Program-made: the position numbers and the translations under genes
Notes under the pieces: generated by a model
Database searches by the model: none
The model's input: the letters and a program-made list of their open reading frames with translations, nothing else
Told to the model about the DNA's origin: nothing
In this document: positions 38,857 to 52,650 of the stretch, in pieces
How the letters are laid out: each line of letters starts with the position of its first letter
Numbering within the stretch: position 1 is the stretch's first letter
DNA from: Rhynchobatus australiae
Taxonomy: Eukaryota
Assembly (NCBI GenBank): GCA_034780895.1
Contig: JAUZTB010000001.1
Span: forward strand, 116,885,934-116,949,933
Length of the DNA: 64,000 nucleotides
Direction: 5' to 3'

Positions 38857-40962
38857 CTGCATTCAATGTGACAGCATTATTTTCTGATTTTTCCAGCATT
38901 TTGAAAAAAATAGATAATGAAGTAATTTCATTATTTTATAGTAATATGTATTAGTCATTTACAATTCATTTTGCAAACATGACATAGAAATGTCTTGGCT
39001 GCCTGTGATTACCTACCAGCTTCCCTACTAATTTACAGTTGTACAGGATATAGTCCTTGACTGACTCCTCAACAGCTCCTTAACAATTCATCTGAGGAAC
39101 ATGTCAAATATTGACTCCCTTACTGGCTCCAAGTGAATGGAGAATGAGGGGCTTTGTTGGGAAGGACCACAGTCTAGAGTCCTGCTGCCATACTGAGGGA
39201 CTGGGTCCCGTGTAACAGTCTCTCAAACACTTCATAGGTGCACTGTCCATGAGAAAACACGAGTATCATCGATATATATATACACACACACACATACACA
39301 CTCACGCACATACATGCACACTTAATACAATTAGTGCTATGTATATTTTATGAATAAAGTGTAGTTTTCAAATTTAAAAAAAGACACCTTCCAATTAGGG
39401 AATTTGAAAGTGTGGGTTGTGTGCCAACATACATGTTTGCATTTAGTTGATACATTATCTTGTTGGCTCGGATCTCTTTGCCAATGGACCAAGACCTGGT
39501 TCTATCAAAGTAATGTGCTAACTACCAATATGCTAGAGCCTGGGTGTGAAAATAATTCACACAAAGGCATCTTCCAATCCTCAGAACAGGAGAGAAACAA
39601 GTCATACTTGATCCCAAGGGACAACAATAACTCCAAGATTTGAACACAAAATCTGCTCTTGAATCTAGTGCAGCCTGAGAGATTGCTTCATATGAATGAG
39701 ATATCATCCTGGTGCCTGCACTCTCTGCTTGCCCCACAGCAATATTCACCACAAAGCAGAGGAGTTCTAATGTCTTTGGCAACATTTATCCCTCAGTCAA
39801 TGTAAATAAAGCAACTGGTTTGGCCATTTGCCTCCTTTGTGTTTGTGGGCCTTGCTATATGGAAAATGGCTGCTGGAGTCCCCAGAGTTTTAATTTCAGA
39901 AATTCTTATCTAGCTGTGAATTGCTTTGGGGCATCTTGAACCCTTGGAAGACCCAATAAAAATGCAATTCATTTTGTTTACTTTGAANNNNNNNNNNNNN
40001 NNNNNNNNNNNNNNNNNNNNNNNNNNNNNNNNNNNNNNNNNNNNNNNNNNNNNNNNNNNNNNNNNNNNNNNNNNNNNNNNNNNNNNNGGGCATCTTGAAC
40101 CCTTGGAAGACCCAATAAAAATGCAATTCATTTTGTTTACTTTGAAATGATCATAATCCAGGCTTTATTTATGCATTATTCATATGTCTAGTCATGCACT
40201 TACTGGACTAACACATTAAATGCTGAAAACATGCATGCCCTTAGACCAATAGGAGAACAAGTATTAAATAAATATGGAAGGCATTAAAACTAGTTATGAT
40301 CATCCACAAAGCCACAAGTCAGATGAGAGAATGGACTAATTTTAACCTTCAGGTTGATTGGAAAAGAATCCATTAACTTCCATTCCTCCACTACCCCACT
40401 CTTAGTCATTTAAAATTGACCTGGATTTGGTTTTTTTTTTGCTTTTTTTTCCCCTCCCTCTCCAGATCACATGACTTTGGATGGATGTTGAGTGCACAAA
40501 TCATGATACTCAAGGTATCACAAGTGAGAGACAGGATGTTTGGATAGGTCATTATCTATCCTTATGGTTACCATTAAAACATAGCCAAGTATGATTCTTA
40601 CTTATTTGACTGTGATAGGTTCTAGATCATCTCCTGATTGATAAATATCATATTTGCACTAAATTTCTGATCCAACTACATTGCTTATTATGTGTAGATC
40701 AGTCCCACTTGTGCTCAAATTGATAATCCTGCTCTGCAAAACACTGTTTGTAATTAGACAGAAGGAGCTTTATTCTGCTTTGGATCATCATTATTCTAAT
40801 TCAGGAGAAGAGGATATCAGAAACAGAAAATGTTCCATTTTCATGATATCGATACCCTGTGTGTTGAGAAATACACAATTTATATGAAATTGTTCAAAGT
40901 AAATAAAATGGGTCTTCACAATCTATAAAATGGGAGTGGATATAAATTGAACCTAAACTTAC

Positions 40963-41071
40963 CACAAATCTCACAGCAGTGCCCTTGAGGCTTTAAGGGG
41001 TTTGTACAATCAAGTTCTATACAATGGCTTCCGAATTCTTGTTGCAAATTAGAACAAATCCTCCTGTGGTT
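40963..41071 (-). CDS. AMN: Amnionless exon 7, cysteine-rich vWC-like (NHRRICSNLQQEFGSHCIELDCTNPLKPQGHCCEIC)
   Basis: ttacag acceptor, G|gtaagt donor, 109 nt; PQG.CC..CG motif. Confidence 0.96.
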
Positions 41072-41109
41072 CTGTAAATGAAAATATGATTTCCAGTAGA
41101 TTTCACAGT

Positions 41110-41500
41110 GTCAGCAGTGGTCCAGATGCCTCTGTATCAGAAGGCTGTGGGTTCAGGCTACAGCTGCAGAAACATTTAGGCTAACTGAAGAGTACAGTAT
41201 CGATGGAGCACTGCAGCGCTAGAGGTACCGTCTTTTGGACGGAGACAGTAAACCAAAGGTCCATCTGCAGTTTCAGGTGGATTTTAAAGGGGCCATGGCA
41301 TTATTTCCAGGAAGAGCAGGGAAAATCTCCCTGGTTATCTTGGTTGATATTTATTCCTCAACAAAAAGGTTTCTAATAACATTATCTGATTGTTATTAAA
41401 CAGCTTTCTGTGATCTTGTTGTGGCTTCCATTTCCTAAATTGTAACTGTATTTAAAAATTCAGCATTACCTCATTGGTGGTAGAGTGCTACTAAAAGTTC
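41110..41500 (+). mobile_element. Deu-domain SINE
   Basis: cagaaggctgtgggttca...gcactgcagcgctagaggtaccgtcttttggacggagacagtaaacc. Confidence 0.6.
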
Positions 41501-41559
41501 TGAGAATGTGGAGATTTTCTGTTGCCAGAGGCTGGAGATACTTATGTCATTAAACCATT

Positions 41560-42345
41560 AGAAGCAGGAGCAGGCAATTTAGCTCTTTCAGCCAGCTCTG
41601 TCATTCAACAAGATCATGGCTGATCCAGTCTTGCCTTAACATCAGCCTCCTGCTCTCTTCCTGCAGCCCTGAACTCCCTTGTAGTTTAAAAGCCTTTCAA
41701 TCTTTGCCTGGAATATATTCAATGATTTCACCTTCACAACTCTTCTGTATAGAGAATTCCAGAGATTCACAACTCTCAGAAGAAATTCTTCCTCATCTCA
41801 GCCTTTTAATGGATGATCCATTATTCTAAAGCCATGCCCCCTAGCTCTGGTTACCCCTGCTAGGGAAATACTTTCTCTCAGCACCCACCCTATCAAGCCC
41901 TCTCATTAGCCTTCCTAATTAGTTGCTGTATCTACATGTTACCTTTTTGAGTTTCATATACTGGGACCCTTTGTAGTCCTACTTCACTGAAATTACAATT
42001 TGCTTTTTCATTCTTCCTTCCAAAGTTGACAACCACAGAGTTTCCAGTACTACATTTGATTTGTCTGCTTATCTATATTCTTTTGCCGGCTCTGCATATC
42101 CTCCTCAAACTTGCTAAACCACTCATCTTTTTTTTTAAAGTCACCTACAAATTTGGCTGTTGTTCCCCTCAGTCCCTTCACCCAAGTCAATGCATTGTAA
42201 CCAGATACTCTGATGGCAAAACTCCAGTAAAATCGGCACCATCCTTTTTGTTCTCTAATCTCTGGAGCAGCTCTCTCCAGTGCTTGGCAATAATTATATG
42301 GAGAACTTGTTTGGAGATGTAAACCACATGTTTCGCGCTCCACCC
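41560..42345 (-). mobile_element. Degenerate CR1 LINE
   Basis: KFVGD..KFEED RT-like segment (ORF 42050) and reverse-complemented 3' tail aagatcatggctgatc. Confidence 0.65.
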
Positions 42346-44591
42346 TGTGTAAATTTGTCTGTGTACTAAGCCACCCTAATCTAACGTCTGTATTTTTGTG
42401 CTGGTAATAACTTTTCATCAGCAGTCAGGAGTAGTTTGACTTTGTCCCATGCAGTCCATGTTAGGAACAGGAAAGCTGATGCTTCAGGTATGGCCCCTTC
42501 TGTCAAAATTTTTTTGGCTCCTGCAATGGCTGCTGAGTGTCACTGGTATTTCATTTGGTCCAAAATTTTTGGGGCTTGTGTTTTGCTTTTTTAAAATCTT
42601 CTGTTAATATTTATGATGGAGTGACTAATCACATGAAATTTGTATTACAACATTTCGGAGTATTTTCTAGGTGTGGCTAAAGTGTATTGTGACACGAAAC
42701 CAGCTCTGCAGTGAATCCAGCCAAATACTATTGCCATGAGGTAAGGTGCCCTTGATATGTTAATATACATTGAAGGGCAAAGCAGATGGTACTGATCTCA
42801 TGACAAATGCTGCCTATTAGCCAGTTGCTTAGTTACCTTTCTATTGAATCAGATTGATTGGCAGCTTGTCCCTCTAGGTCAGTAGAGACAAGCTGTTGAG
42901 GAAGAGTGTTTGGTTTCCTCGGACATTTGCAAAAGCCACTGATTCCAAAACACGAGTGGAATAACTTTCCCGTGTTTCCCAGATGGAACTGGCCCACTGA
43001 AGTTCTGTGAGAAAATGTCATCACTTTCTTGTGGCTTGTTATCATGAAGTGAACTAACAAGAAGTGTTGCACCTTTTGTTATATTAGCAGTTGGAGGTTT
43101 GTGGGAAATTCCTCCATTTCAGGTTCATTACATGTGAGGGGTAAGCAGCAGTATAAAGTCCAGAAAAATAATAAACATGATATGTCATTTACAACTGAGT
43201 TACATGGTCCAAAGAAACATTCATTCATTTTCTATCTTAAGGCTATGAAACAGTGACTAGTCACTTGAAATTTCTGTTGCAGTATTCTCTTAATGATGAT
43301 AAACCACGAGGAATTGATTTCCTCTGATCCTCAGAGTCATATGCTTCTCCCACCAGCCTCTGTGCAGTAACTTAGAATAATCATCTATTGAATAGAAGAA
43401 TTTGGGTAGTAAACTGGTTACGTAACAAGAAACTGATACATGAAAGGCAGATTTTTGAAAGTGAACTGTGCAGTTCCCCAGGAGGCAGGTGGGTATCAGT
43501 TTAACAGGATATGTACAGTGCAGAGCTCACTCAGTAAAGTACTGCAGTGTCAGCCCAGGATGTGGAGTGGCTGCTGAATAAAGGGTGCTACAAAATTGAG
43601 CCAAGCTGATTTTCAACCGTGACGTACAATCTCACACTGTAGTTAATAAAGAACAACTCTCACCAAGGAAGGTGCTCTTTGGCAGTCAGATTGAGTAAAA
43701 TGAAGGTTAAAAATAAAAAAAATCTGAGGGAACTATTTTTGAAATATTGTTCACTGTTTTGCCAACAGATAAATGAAACTCAAAAGGTTGCACATTGGAT
43801 ATTACTCAGGAAGATTTCTTTTGAGGGTCCTGGACTTCACTGACAATACCAGCATTTGTTGCCCATCCTTAATTGCCCTATAGCTGAGGAGAGGGTGAAG
43901 AGTTAATCATGTCAGTGGATCAGGGGTCACACATGGTATTGTGGTACAGCAGCTAACATGCACTAAGCTCTAGCAACCCATGTTCAATTCTGTCCAGAGG
44001 TGCTGTTGGTGTCAAATTTGCAACTTTTCCATTTGGCTTTGTGGCTTCCCCTTGGGGCATTAGCTTCCTCCTGCATTCCAAAAGTGTGCTGGTTAGTAGG
44101 TTAATTGACTCCTGGAAACTGCCACGAGCATAGGCAAGAGGCAGGAAAATGGAGAGATATTGATGATCATGGAAATAAATAGGGAATGGGACTGATGGGA
44201 TTGTTTTGAGAGTAGCAGAGATTCAACAAACCAGATGGCATTGTTTATAGTTATGAGAAATAGGCCAGACCAGGAGAGGATGGTAGATTTCATTTTGACA
44301 ACAATCTAACAGTTTCATGATCACCATTGCTGAAATGAGTCTATTTCAGATTCATTTGATTACTTGAACTTCATTTCCCCAGCTGCCATGTTGGGATTTA
44401 AACTCATACCTCTGGATCAATGGCTCAGGAATCAGATTCCTAGACAATTAGCTTAACAGTTATGCTGCCCTACTTTCTTGACCTTGGAAAAAGCTTATGC
44501 ATTGCCAGAGTCTGAATCAAAACTCCTTCACAGAAATCCAGAACATGCTTGCTGCATAAATCCTAGATCAGCACAGTAATTTGATACTTAC

Positions 44592-44729
44592 ATCAGAGTT
44601 GCCGCAGTCACAGCCAGATTTATCTTCACACTTGGTGTTTGTCACAGAGATGGAGGCATTTCCATGGAACTGCAGTTTTCCAGTGTTGGACTGCTTGTAA
44701 TGATCAAAATCTTCGCTGCTGGCAAACTT
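44592..44729 (-). CDS. AMN: Amnionless exon 6 (KFASSEDFDHYKQSNTGKLQFHGNASISVTNTKCEDKSGCDCGNSD)
   Basis: ttgtag acceptor, GAT|gtaagt donor, 138 nt; G.L.FHG and C.D.SGC.CGN motifs. Confidence 0.96.
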
Positions 44730-44849
44730 CTACAATGTAAAACAAAATATTCAACTTCATGTTATTTAAATGAGTAAGAGCAAATTGAGATGCAATCTTT
44801 CACCTTCAGCCACAGAAATTCATTTAAACTGGTTTTCAAGCACGAAGAA

Positions 44850-45410
44850 TCATACAGCAAGAAGCAGAGCTTTTGGCCCACAAGGTCCATTCTGACCATT
44901 GTACTTATCCATACTACTCCCATTTACTGCATTTGGTCCATACCCTTCTGTACCTTGGCAATTCAAGTGCTTATCTAGATCCTTATTAAATGTTGTGAAA
45001 GTACTTGCCTCCACCACATCCTCAGGCAACCTGTTCCAGAATCCAAACACCATCTAAACCTTCTACCTCCCACCTGATACTTATGCCTTCTTGTACAGTC
45101 TTGATGGGAAAAAGATTCTTACCATCGATCCTATCTACCTCCCTCATAATCTTGTATACCTCTATCAGCTTATCCCTCAGCCTCCTTCACTCCAGGGAAA
45201 ACAAACCCAGCCTATCCAATCTCTCCTTATAACTGAAATGCTCCAATCCAGGCAATATCCCAGGGAACCTCCTCTGCTACTCTGTCCAACACAATTGCAT
45301 CCTTTTTATAGTGTGCCAACCAGAAATGTACACAATAATTCAGGTGTAGCCTGACCAATGTTCCATAAAATTGTAACATGGAATCCCTACTCTGATATCC
45401 CATACCATGA
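44850..45410 (-). mobile_element. CR1 LINE 3' fragment
   Basis: TLVRLHLNYCVHFWLAHYKKD and WNRLPEDVVEASTFTTF. Confidence 0.9.
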
Positions 45411-45836
45411 CAAGCATGCCACATGAACTGGCAGGTCATTCCTTGCTGGCAAACCCTAAGGGTGAGGAGGACAGTGGACAGGATTCCAGCCGGCAGGAAC
45501 GTGGTGCAGTCAACATTTGCTTCTTCGGTGGGACCCACTGGCTTGGTCACACATTTAGAATACCTGCTGCCTGCCCTATTCAGGGCTGTCCACGTTCTGA
45601 AAGCTCGTTGACTTGAAACACTATTTCTTGTCTTAGATGCAGCCTAACCTACTGTATATTTCCAACATTTTCTGTTTTATCCCACAGCCTTACTACCCCT
45701 GGCAAATGACCTGAACAAAATTTATAATTTTCCCTTCATACACCTGTTCTCAAAGCATGGACTTCATACTCTAAATTGAGAGGGGCAGATTATATTGGAA
45801 GAGGTTAGTTAGCATTCAAAGAAGTGAAGCACTCAC

Positions 45837-46072
45837 CATATTCATTAAAGAAATAGTTTTAACATTAATATTTTGTGCATCGCTGCCCAAATCCACACGG
45901 AAAGATGTTCCAGGTTGAAAAACAACATCATCATATTGGCAAGGGATACTTTCTTCATCCAGAGTGAAAATGTATTTGTATTTTTCCAGCTCACTCATTG
46001 ATAAAGTTGTCTGCCAATATTTGGGATCGTACCATTTATACTGATCAGGATCTTTGAAAGTGATATCTTCAC
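45837..46072 (-). CDS. AMN: Amnionless exon 5 (GEDITFKDPDQYKWYDPKYW...IPCQYDDVVFQPGTSFRVDLGSDAQNINVKTISLMNM)
   Basis: ctgcag acceptor, ATG|gtgagt donor; WxDPxxW and PCxxDDVxF...SFRV motifs. Confidence 0.96.
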
Positions 46073-47303
46073 CTGCAGTTGAAAAAGTGTGGCACTTTTA
46101 GCACTTCAGAACAGGTATCTTTACTGAATCTCTTTGTTATCTGTTGGGCTCATTCTAATGAGAGTAATTCATTTAAGAAAATTAAATAATTCTGATTTTG
46201 TGGAGATGGGATCAGTACTAAACTCTCCAAATACAAGCATAAAAGGACTCAAACAAGACTTGTAATGGGAAGTTATGTGGCATGCTCACTATTACATCAA
46301 GGTCAGATTATTCCATGTCTCACAACAGCATGCTTCATAGCTTCTTTGACAAACAACAGAGAGGACAGTTTGTATCAGTGTGCCATTGGGTATTCAGGGC
46401 TTGATTAAAACTGCAATTGTCTCAAGACCCTCTGAGGTGGATTGCCACAGGTCCAAATAAGAAACTTGGAGAAGTCAAAATTGAAGGATACAAAGGAAAG
46501 AAAAAGCTGAAGGGTGCAAGAAACCATACAATGTTGATATTTAGGGGGAGCAGGAGGGGCAACACTTGAACTGTGATTTTAATTCTAACCATACTCAAAG
46601 ACAAGGAGGCATGGCCTGCAGAATGCTGCATTTGCCTCTTCGTATAAATACAGTGGGAAATTCTCTTATGTTGTTATTTAAGAGGTGATATCTATTGGAT
46701 GGTCTGGCTGAAAATTCAATCATTTTTAAAGAATTTGAAGTAACAGCCTTGTTTCCTTGCTGAAGGGTGCTGAAGAATTCAAGAGGTAGACATTACAGTG
46801 CAAGTAGAGTGATGGCTGCCTATATAGGAGCTGGCAATCAGAAAGAACTTGGTAAATGTAGAGTGTGATGGTGAAAGGCATTCGCCCCTTGGGCTCAACA
46901 TGATGCACAAAAGGAGTGGGGTAAAAAAAACAGATCCAAAAGGAGAGACCTAAACCTTGGAGCACAAGTCAGGGAGTCTTAAACAATCATTACTCAGCAA
47001 AAAATTGAATGATATAAAGAAAAATGTAATGTAGGATCACAGATTATTTTTAGTGCAAGATGCAGACCTGATTTTAGAAGCTATGGCAAGTTAAATACAA
47101 GTTTCTTTTCCATGAATTAAATCAGTGCTCTGGGTCAGGTATCTTATTTTCCCTGCTTACAGTGGCTGCTTGAGGGTAATAAGTAGCTTGATAAAAACTG
47201 AAAGGTGTCAGAGGCTGGTAAACACTATAAAACGTATTTATGCTGGAAGCAGTTAAGTACTTGAAAAACCATTGAAAAGTCCTTATAAAAAAATGTGAGT
47301 CAC

Positions 47304-47391
47304 CTCTTTCACATCCTGGTTCACTCTGACCATCACTTGCAGCAAATCCAGCACCGTGACTAAGAATGAACTCCCCATCAAGAGGCACANN
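47304..47391 (-). CDS. AMN: Amnionless exon 4 (xVPLDGEFILSHGAGFAASDGQSEPGCER); acceptor in the N gap
   Basis: PLDGE.IL..GAGF motif; G|gtgact donor; visible to 47389, last 2 nt inferred from phase. Confidence 0.92.
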
Positions 47392-48009
47392 NNNNNNNNN
47401 NNNNNNNNNNNNNNNNNNNNNNNNNNNNNNNNNNNNNNNNNNNNNNNNNNNNNNNNNNNNNNNNNNNNNNNNNNNNNNNNNGATGTTTTATTCAGCCAAC
47501 TCACTGACAGAGTTTTATTTATTTGTTACATGGAATGCAATATTTTCATCAGCAATTTAAGGGTTATACAATCTTACGAATTCCTGGAAGAATAGAACAA
47601 TTATTTTATTGTTTTAACATTCTAATTAGTCACAGCCTTAGGAAAACATCACTATCACATAGATGAGGTTGTATCAGATCCCACATCAGCCATCTCAGGG
47701 CTTCTGAAACCCAGTACAACTTAGTGTCACAACTACAGCTATGTTATGGACAGTTTATTTCAGACTGGTACAAGCAAATACTCTTCACTCTGTAAAAGTC
47801 CTATCTCGCACTGTTTCATTCAATCCCTATCCTTTTCCTACCTGACCTACATTGTAAAGGTTCTATCAGAAACGAGTTTGATAAGCTCCTCTCAGATTCT
47901 AATAGGCTTGAGTGCAAAAACTACCCACTGTTCCGTATTTTGTTGCAACACCATTAACTTGCATTTATATAGGTTTTCAATGTAGTAAAAGGAGTTGTTT
48001 GATTCAACT

Positions 48010-49490
48010 ATTGGTTGAGATTTTCCCAAAACTCATTAAATTCTAGGAGGGTACCAGAAGATTGGAAAACAACCAATGTTCAAAAGGGAGGAAGGCACAG
48101 GCGGGGAACTGTTGGCCAGATAGTTTAACATCTACTGTTGGTAAGATGCCAGAGTCAATAATCAAAGAGGAAATAACTAATCATTTAGGAAAGATGACGA
48201 TAATCAAACCTAGTCAACATGCAAGGATGTGATAGAGACCGTCGACAGAGTTTATTTAGATTTATTTATTTTTATATATATAGTGTATTTATATATAGAT
48301 ATAAGATAGGGTGTATTTAGATTTGCAAAAGGCATTGAAAAGTGCCACATAAGAGGCTGGTGCATAAATTAAGAACCCAAGATATTGGAGGAAGTGTGTT
48401 AGTATAGATTGAAAATTGGCTGTCATGTGGAAACATAAAGAGTTGAAATAAATGGGTCCTTTTCAGGCTAAAGGGATATAACTAATAGAATATCCCAGGG
48501 ATCAATTCCTGGTCCTCAGTTGTTGACTATTTACATCAGACCCTGGGAGAGGGAACAAAATGTAATGTTTCCAAATTTGTTAATGATACAAAATTAGGTG
48601 NNNNGGTTGAGGTGATGGGACCTTCTGATTCTACAATGGGATATAGATTGAGTGACTGAGCAAAAATTTGGCATGCAGAGTTGAATGTAGGAAAGTGCGA
48701 GGTCATGCACTTTGATAAGAGGAATCCAAAGACAGATTATTATCTAAATGTAGAGAGACAGCAAATGTATGAAGTAAAGAGGGACCTAGGTGTTCTAGTG
48801 CATGAATCACAAAAAGTTAACAAACAGGTTCAACAAGTAGTGAAGGTGGCAAGCGGCAAATGGCATTTTAGCCTTAAATGCAAACAGCCTGGAATTTTAA
48901 AATAGGGAGGCTTTGTTACAATTGTACAGGGCATTTGTGAGGCCATACCTGAAACACTGTGCACAGCTCTGGACCCTTGAACTAAAAAAATATACAGTTG
49001 CATTGGAGATTCAGCAGGCTAGTTCCTGGGATAAGAGGATTGTCTTATCAAGAGAAGCCAAAGAGTTTGGATCTGTATTGCTTGGAGTTTGGAAGAATGA
49101 AGCGTGACCTCATTCAAACATCTGAGATCCTAAGGGGATCTCAGGATTGACAGGATAATGTTGAGATGTTTTTACCAGTGGGAAAGTCTCGATTAAGGGG
49201 ACATATTTACAAGATAACTTAAGCTGGTCATTTGAAACTGAGGTGTGTAGAAATTTCTTCTCTCAGAGGGAAGTCAGTCTCTGGAATTCTGTTCTCAAGA
49301 GTGGTGGAGGCCAGATCACTGGAAGTATTTATGGAAGAGATAAGTAAATATTTGAGAAATGAGGACTATGGGAAACTGGCACAAAAGAGGAGTCAAGGCC
49401 AGCATAGGTCAGCCATGATCATATTGAATGGTGGGGGGGCAGGCTTGAGGGGCTTGGTGGCCTATTCCTTCTCCTGTTTTCTTGTGTTCT
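48010..49490 (+). mobile_element. CR1 LINE (RT to 3' end), degenerate
   Basis: NVGKCEVMHF...RDLGVLVHESQKV and LYRAFVRPYLKHCAQLW. Confidence 0.9.
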
Positions 49491-51499
49491 TGTCTTCTTC
49501 TAAAATAGGCTAGCTCAGTTCTAAGGCAATAATCAGACAGAAAAATCCACACTAAAGAAATACATGATCAAACACGTGGTCAATGTGGGTTTCAAAAAGA
49601 CAGTTAAAGCAGGAAAGGGGATTAGAGAAATGGAAGGGTTTGAGTGGGGGAATTTCAGAGTATAGGACCAGGATGAGTGGCAGGATCAGGATTGGGGTGG
49701 GGGGGGGGTGTGGTATGTGTTGGGGCAGTTGCTCTGGAAGGGAATGAATTGAGTGAGGGATGCAGTTGATTTCAGTGTTTAAAGCATGCACATTACATAA
49801 GTGTGTCGAACTGGAGGAAGAACAGAGATTGCGCAGGGCAAGGTTTTGAAGCTATTCACATACAAGGGTAAGTATTTTAAACTTTCAGTTTCTATGGACT
49901 GGAGTCAGTGTAACTCAGGAAGAACAAGCACGATGGCAGAGGAAGACCTGGTTCAGAATAGGACAAAGGCAGCAGTGCTTTACAGAGCTGAAATTTACAG
50001 AGCCAGAAGGATAGGAGGCCAGCCATGGAAAACTTGGAACCGTTGAGCCTGAAGGTAATGAAGGCATGGATCAGAGTAGTGAGATAAGGGTAGCTACAGT
50101 TATACAAAGTCCTGGTTAAACCACACCTCAAGTAGTGTGAGCTGATCTGCATACCACACTTTAGGAAAAACAAATGGCTTTGAACAAGGTTTAACCAGGG
50201 CGATACCTGGATTTCACTGTGAGGAGAGATGGCAGAAACCAAGGTAGTAGCTTAGAATTTAGAAAGTTAGAAGGTGAGCAGAGTTATGTTTTCAGGAATA
50301 TTAAGGGGAATTGATAGGGTCAAAGGAGAGAGACAGTGTCTGGTGATTGGACAAATAGGATAAGGCAGTACAGCCTAAAAAATACAGTTAGGCGTGAAGT
50401 TAGCAAACACTTCCATACATTGAAGCGGATAGAAGTCTGGAACATATTTCCACAAGGAACAATTGATGCTGTGTCAGCTGTTAATGTTATAAGAATTCAA
50501 TGGACCTATGTCATTGGGATGTGTGGGGAGAAGGTGAGTCTAGGGAGTCCATGATTTGATTGGATGGTGGAAGAAGTTCAAGGGGCCAAATTATCCACTC
50601 CTGCTTCTAGGTGGAGTAGGTGGTCTTTGTGATAGAGTAGGACATGAAGTCAGGGTCGGAAAGTATGCCGAGGTTGCAAATAGTCTGGTTCAGCCTGAGG
50701 CAATTGGTGAGACGGAGGATTGAATTACTAGCATGATTCACGAGAAGCATAAAAAGTCAGTGTCTCAAAGAAACTAATTATGGATAGATGAATACAAAAC
50801 TATAATCTGATTGACTGCTGAATAGTCATTAGTTATCTTGCCTGTACAAGTTCTGAATTCAATCTTGCATGCCTACAGATCCTGCCCATAAAGCTGTAAT
50901 GAGCATCATGTTGTAACATAGACCTTGGACTGAGCTGTTTTCCTGGCTTTCCATTCTGTAATTCAGCTAGAATATGCTAACCTGCTCATAAGAGATTTCG
51001 TCATTTCAGGATCCATTGGGGGAAAAAAGGTGTGAGCAATTCAATTCAATCTTAGAATATCTCATTAAAATCTGATGGAAATGTTTCTCCCTTTTTTAAA
51101 CTTAACTATAAACTGATCTACCAGCAAAAGTCCAAAGTTTTCCTTACGTATTTCCACATCACAAAGCCCCCCCCCAGTAATCATCCTGCTCATCACATGT
51201 GCTTTATCCATGGTCATGTACTGGGTAGGAGGAGGAAAAGTACTGGATTTTAAATACATATCTGCAAGCATGAGTAAACCAACCAGCATTAGAGCCAGAC
51301 TTAAAACACTTAAGAAGGCAATAAACAATTGTAGTAAACATCATAAATTGCCAATGCCACCTACAGCAGATATTCAGTACCTCAAGTGTAGCACAAAAAC
51401 AGCAGGACCAATTGCAGGTTTTTGGGTACAGAGCCCCTCAAGCCTGCTCCATTATTCCTTGCACATTAATCACAGTTTTGAAATATATTCAATCACTGA

Positions 51500-52650
51500 G
51501 AAACCAAAATCCTCTGAGACGGAGGAATCTAAAGAGTTACAACCCTTTGCATTGAGAAATTTCTCCTCACCAAAATTATCAATGTGTTCTCCAGAATCTA
51601 GACTGTCAAGCTACACAGCCACCCACCATCTAGTCCATCAATCCCTCTTAGAATTTTAAATCAATGAGATCATCTCTCGCCTTTCTAAATTACATTGACT
51701 ATAGACCAATCTTAACTAATCCCTCCTCAAAGGACAATTATCTCATCCCAGGAATTTAATAAATATACCTTGCACTCTCCAAGTAAATTTTATAGGCACG
51801 GATACTAAATGAGTTGTCAGCTTAGCCCTATATAATCTTAGGAAGACCTTGTTGCTTTTTTATTTCAATCCCATTGCAATAAAAAGTAAAAGGTAACATT
51901 CCTTTTCAATTCTTTAAACAAATTGCACAACTTCACATTTTTCCAAGTAATATCCTTCTGTCACTTTCTTGCCCACTTACTTAACTTCTCCCTATGACTT
52001 TGCAGACCTTTTGTATCTTCCTCACAACTTGCTTTTCCATCCTGCTCTGCAACATTAGCAAACTTTGATATGCCACCACTAAATCTTTTTTTTCCAGTCT
52101 TTAATATAGCTGAAGACCCTGGTCTGGCTTTATGGCATCCCATTAGTATTAGTCCGCCAACCTGAAAATGATGCATTTATTCCTACTGTTTTCTGATCTT
52201 CAGCAAATTCTATCAGTACTAATGCCCAACTCCAAATCTCGCTCAACCCTGTGGACTCTTATTACTAATAACCTTTCAGCATGGTCCCTTATCAAAGTTC
52301 TTTTTTGGAAATCCAGTTATGTCATATACATTGGTGTCCCCTATCTACCTTGTAAGTTATATTCAGAAAAAGCTCCATTGGATTAGTCTGACATTACTTT
52401 TCTTTGATAAAACAATACTAACTCTGCCTAATCAAATTATTACTCAAGTGATCTTTTAAGCAATCCTAATGATGGATTCCAACATTTTACCAACAACAAA
52501 TGTCAGGCTGACCTCTCTTCCGTTCCCTATTCTGTCTGTCTGTCTGTCCTTTCTTAAATACTTACAATTGCTAGTTTCTAATAATGCTGGCATTATTTCA
52601 GAAATTTTGCAAGATCAACAGTGGTGTATGTGTGAGGTCTGCAGCCACCT
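51500..52650 (-). mobile_element. Degenerate CR1 LINE
   Basis: ISKFANV...CEEDTKGLQ...LSKWA (ORF 51961). Confidence 0.75.

Noticed and set aside
39929-40146. Identical 59-bp direct repeat around a 100-N gap
   Set aside because: Gap-edge duplication typical of scaffolding artefacts; not a CRISPR-like or tandem array
51065-51659. Overlapping 87-aa hydrophobic (-) and 149-aa (+) ORFs in AMN intron 3
   Set aside because: No recognisable domain, no convincing splice sites or ATG start; AMN exons 3 and 4 join in phase without them
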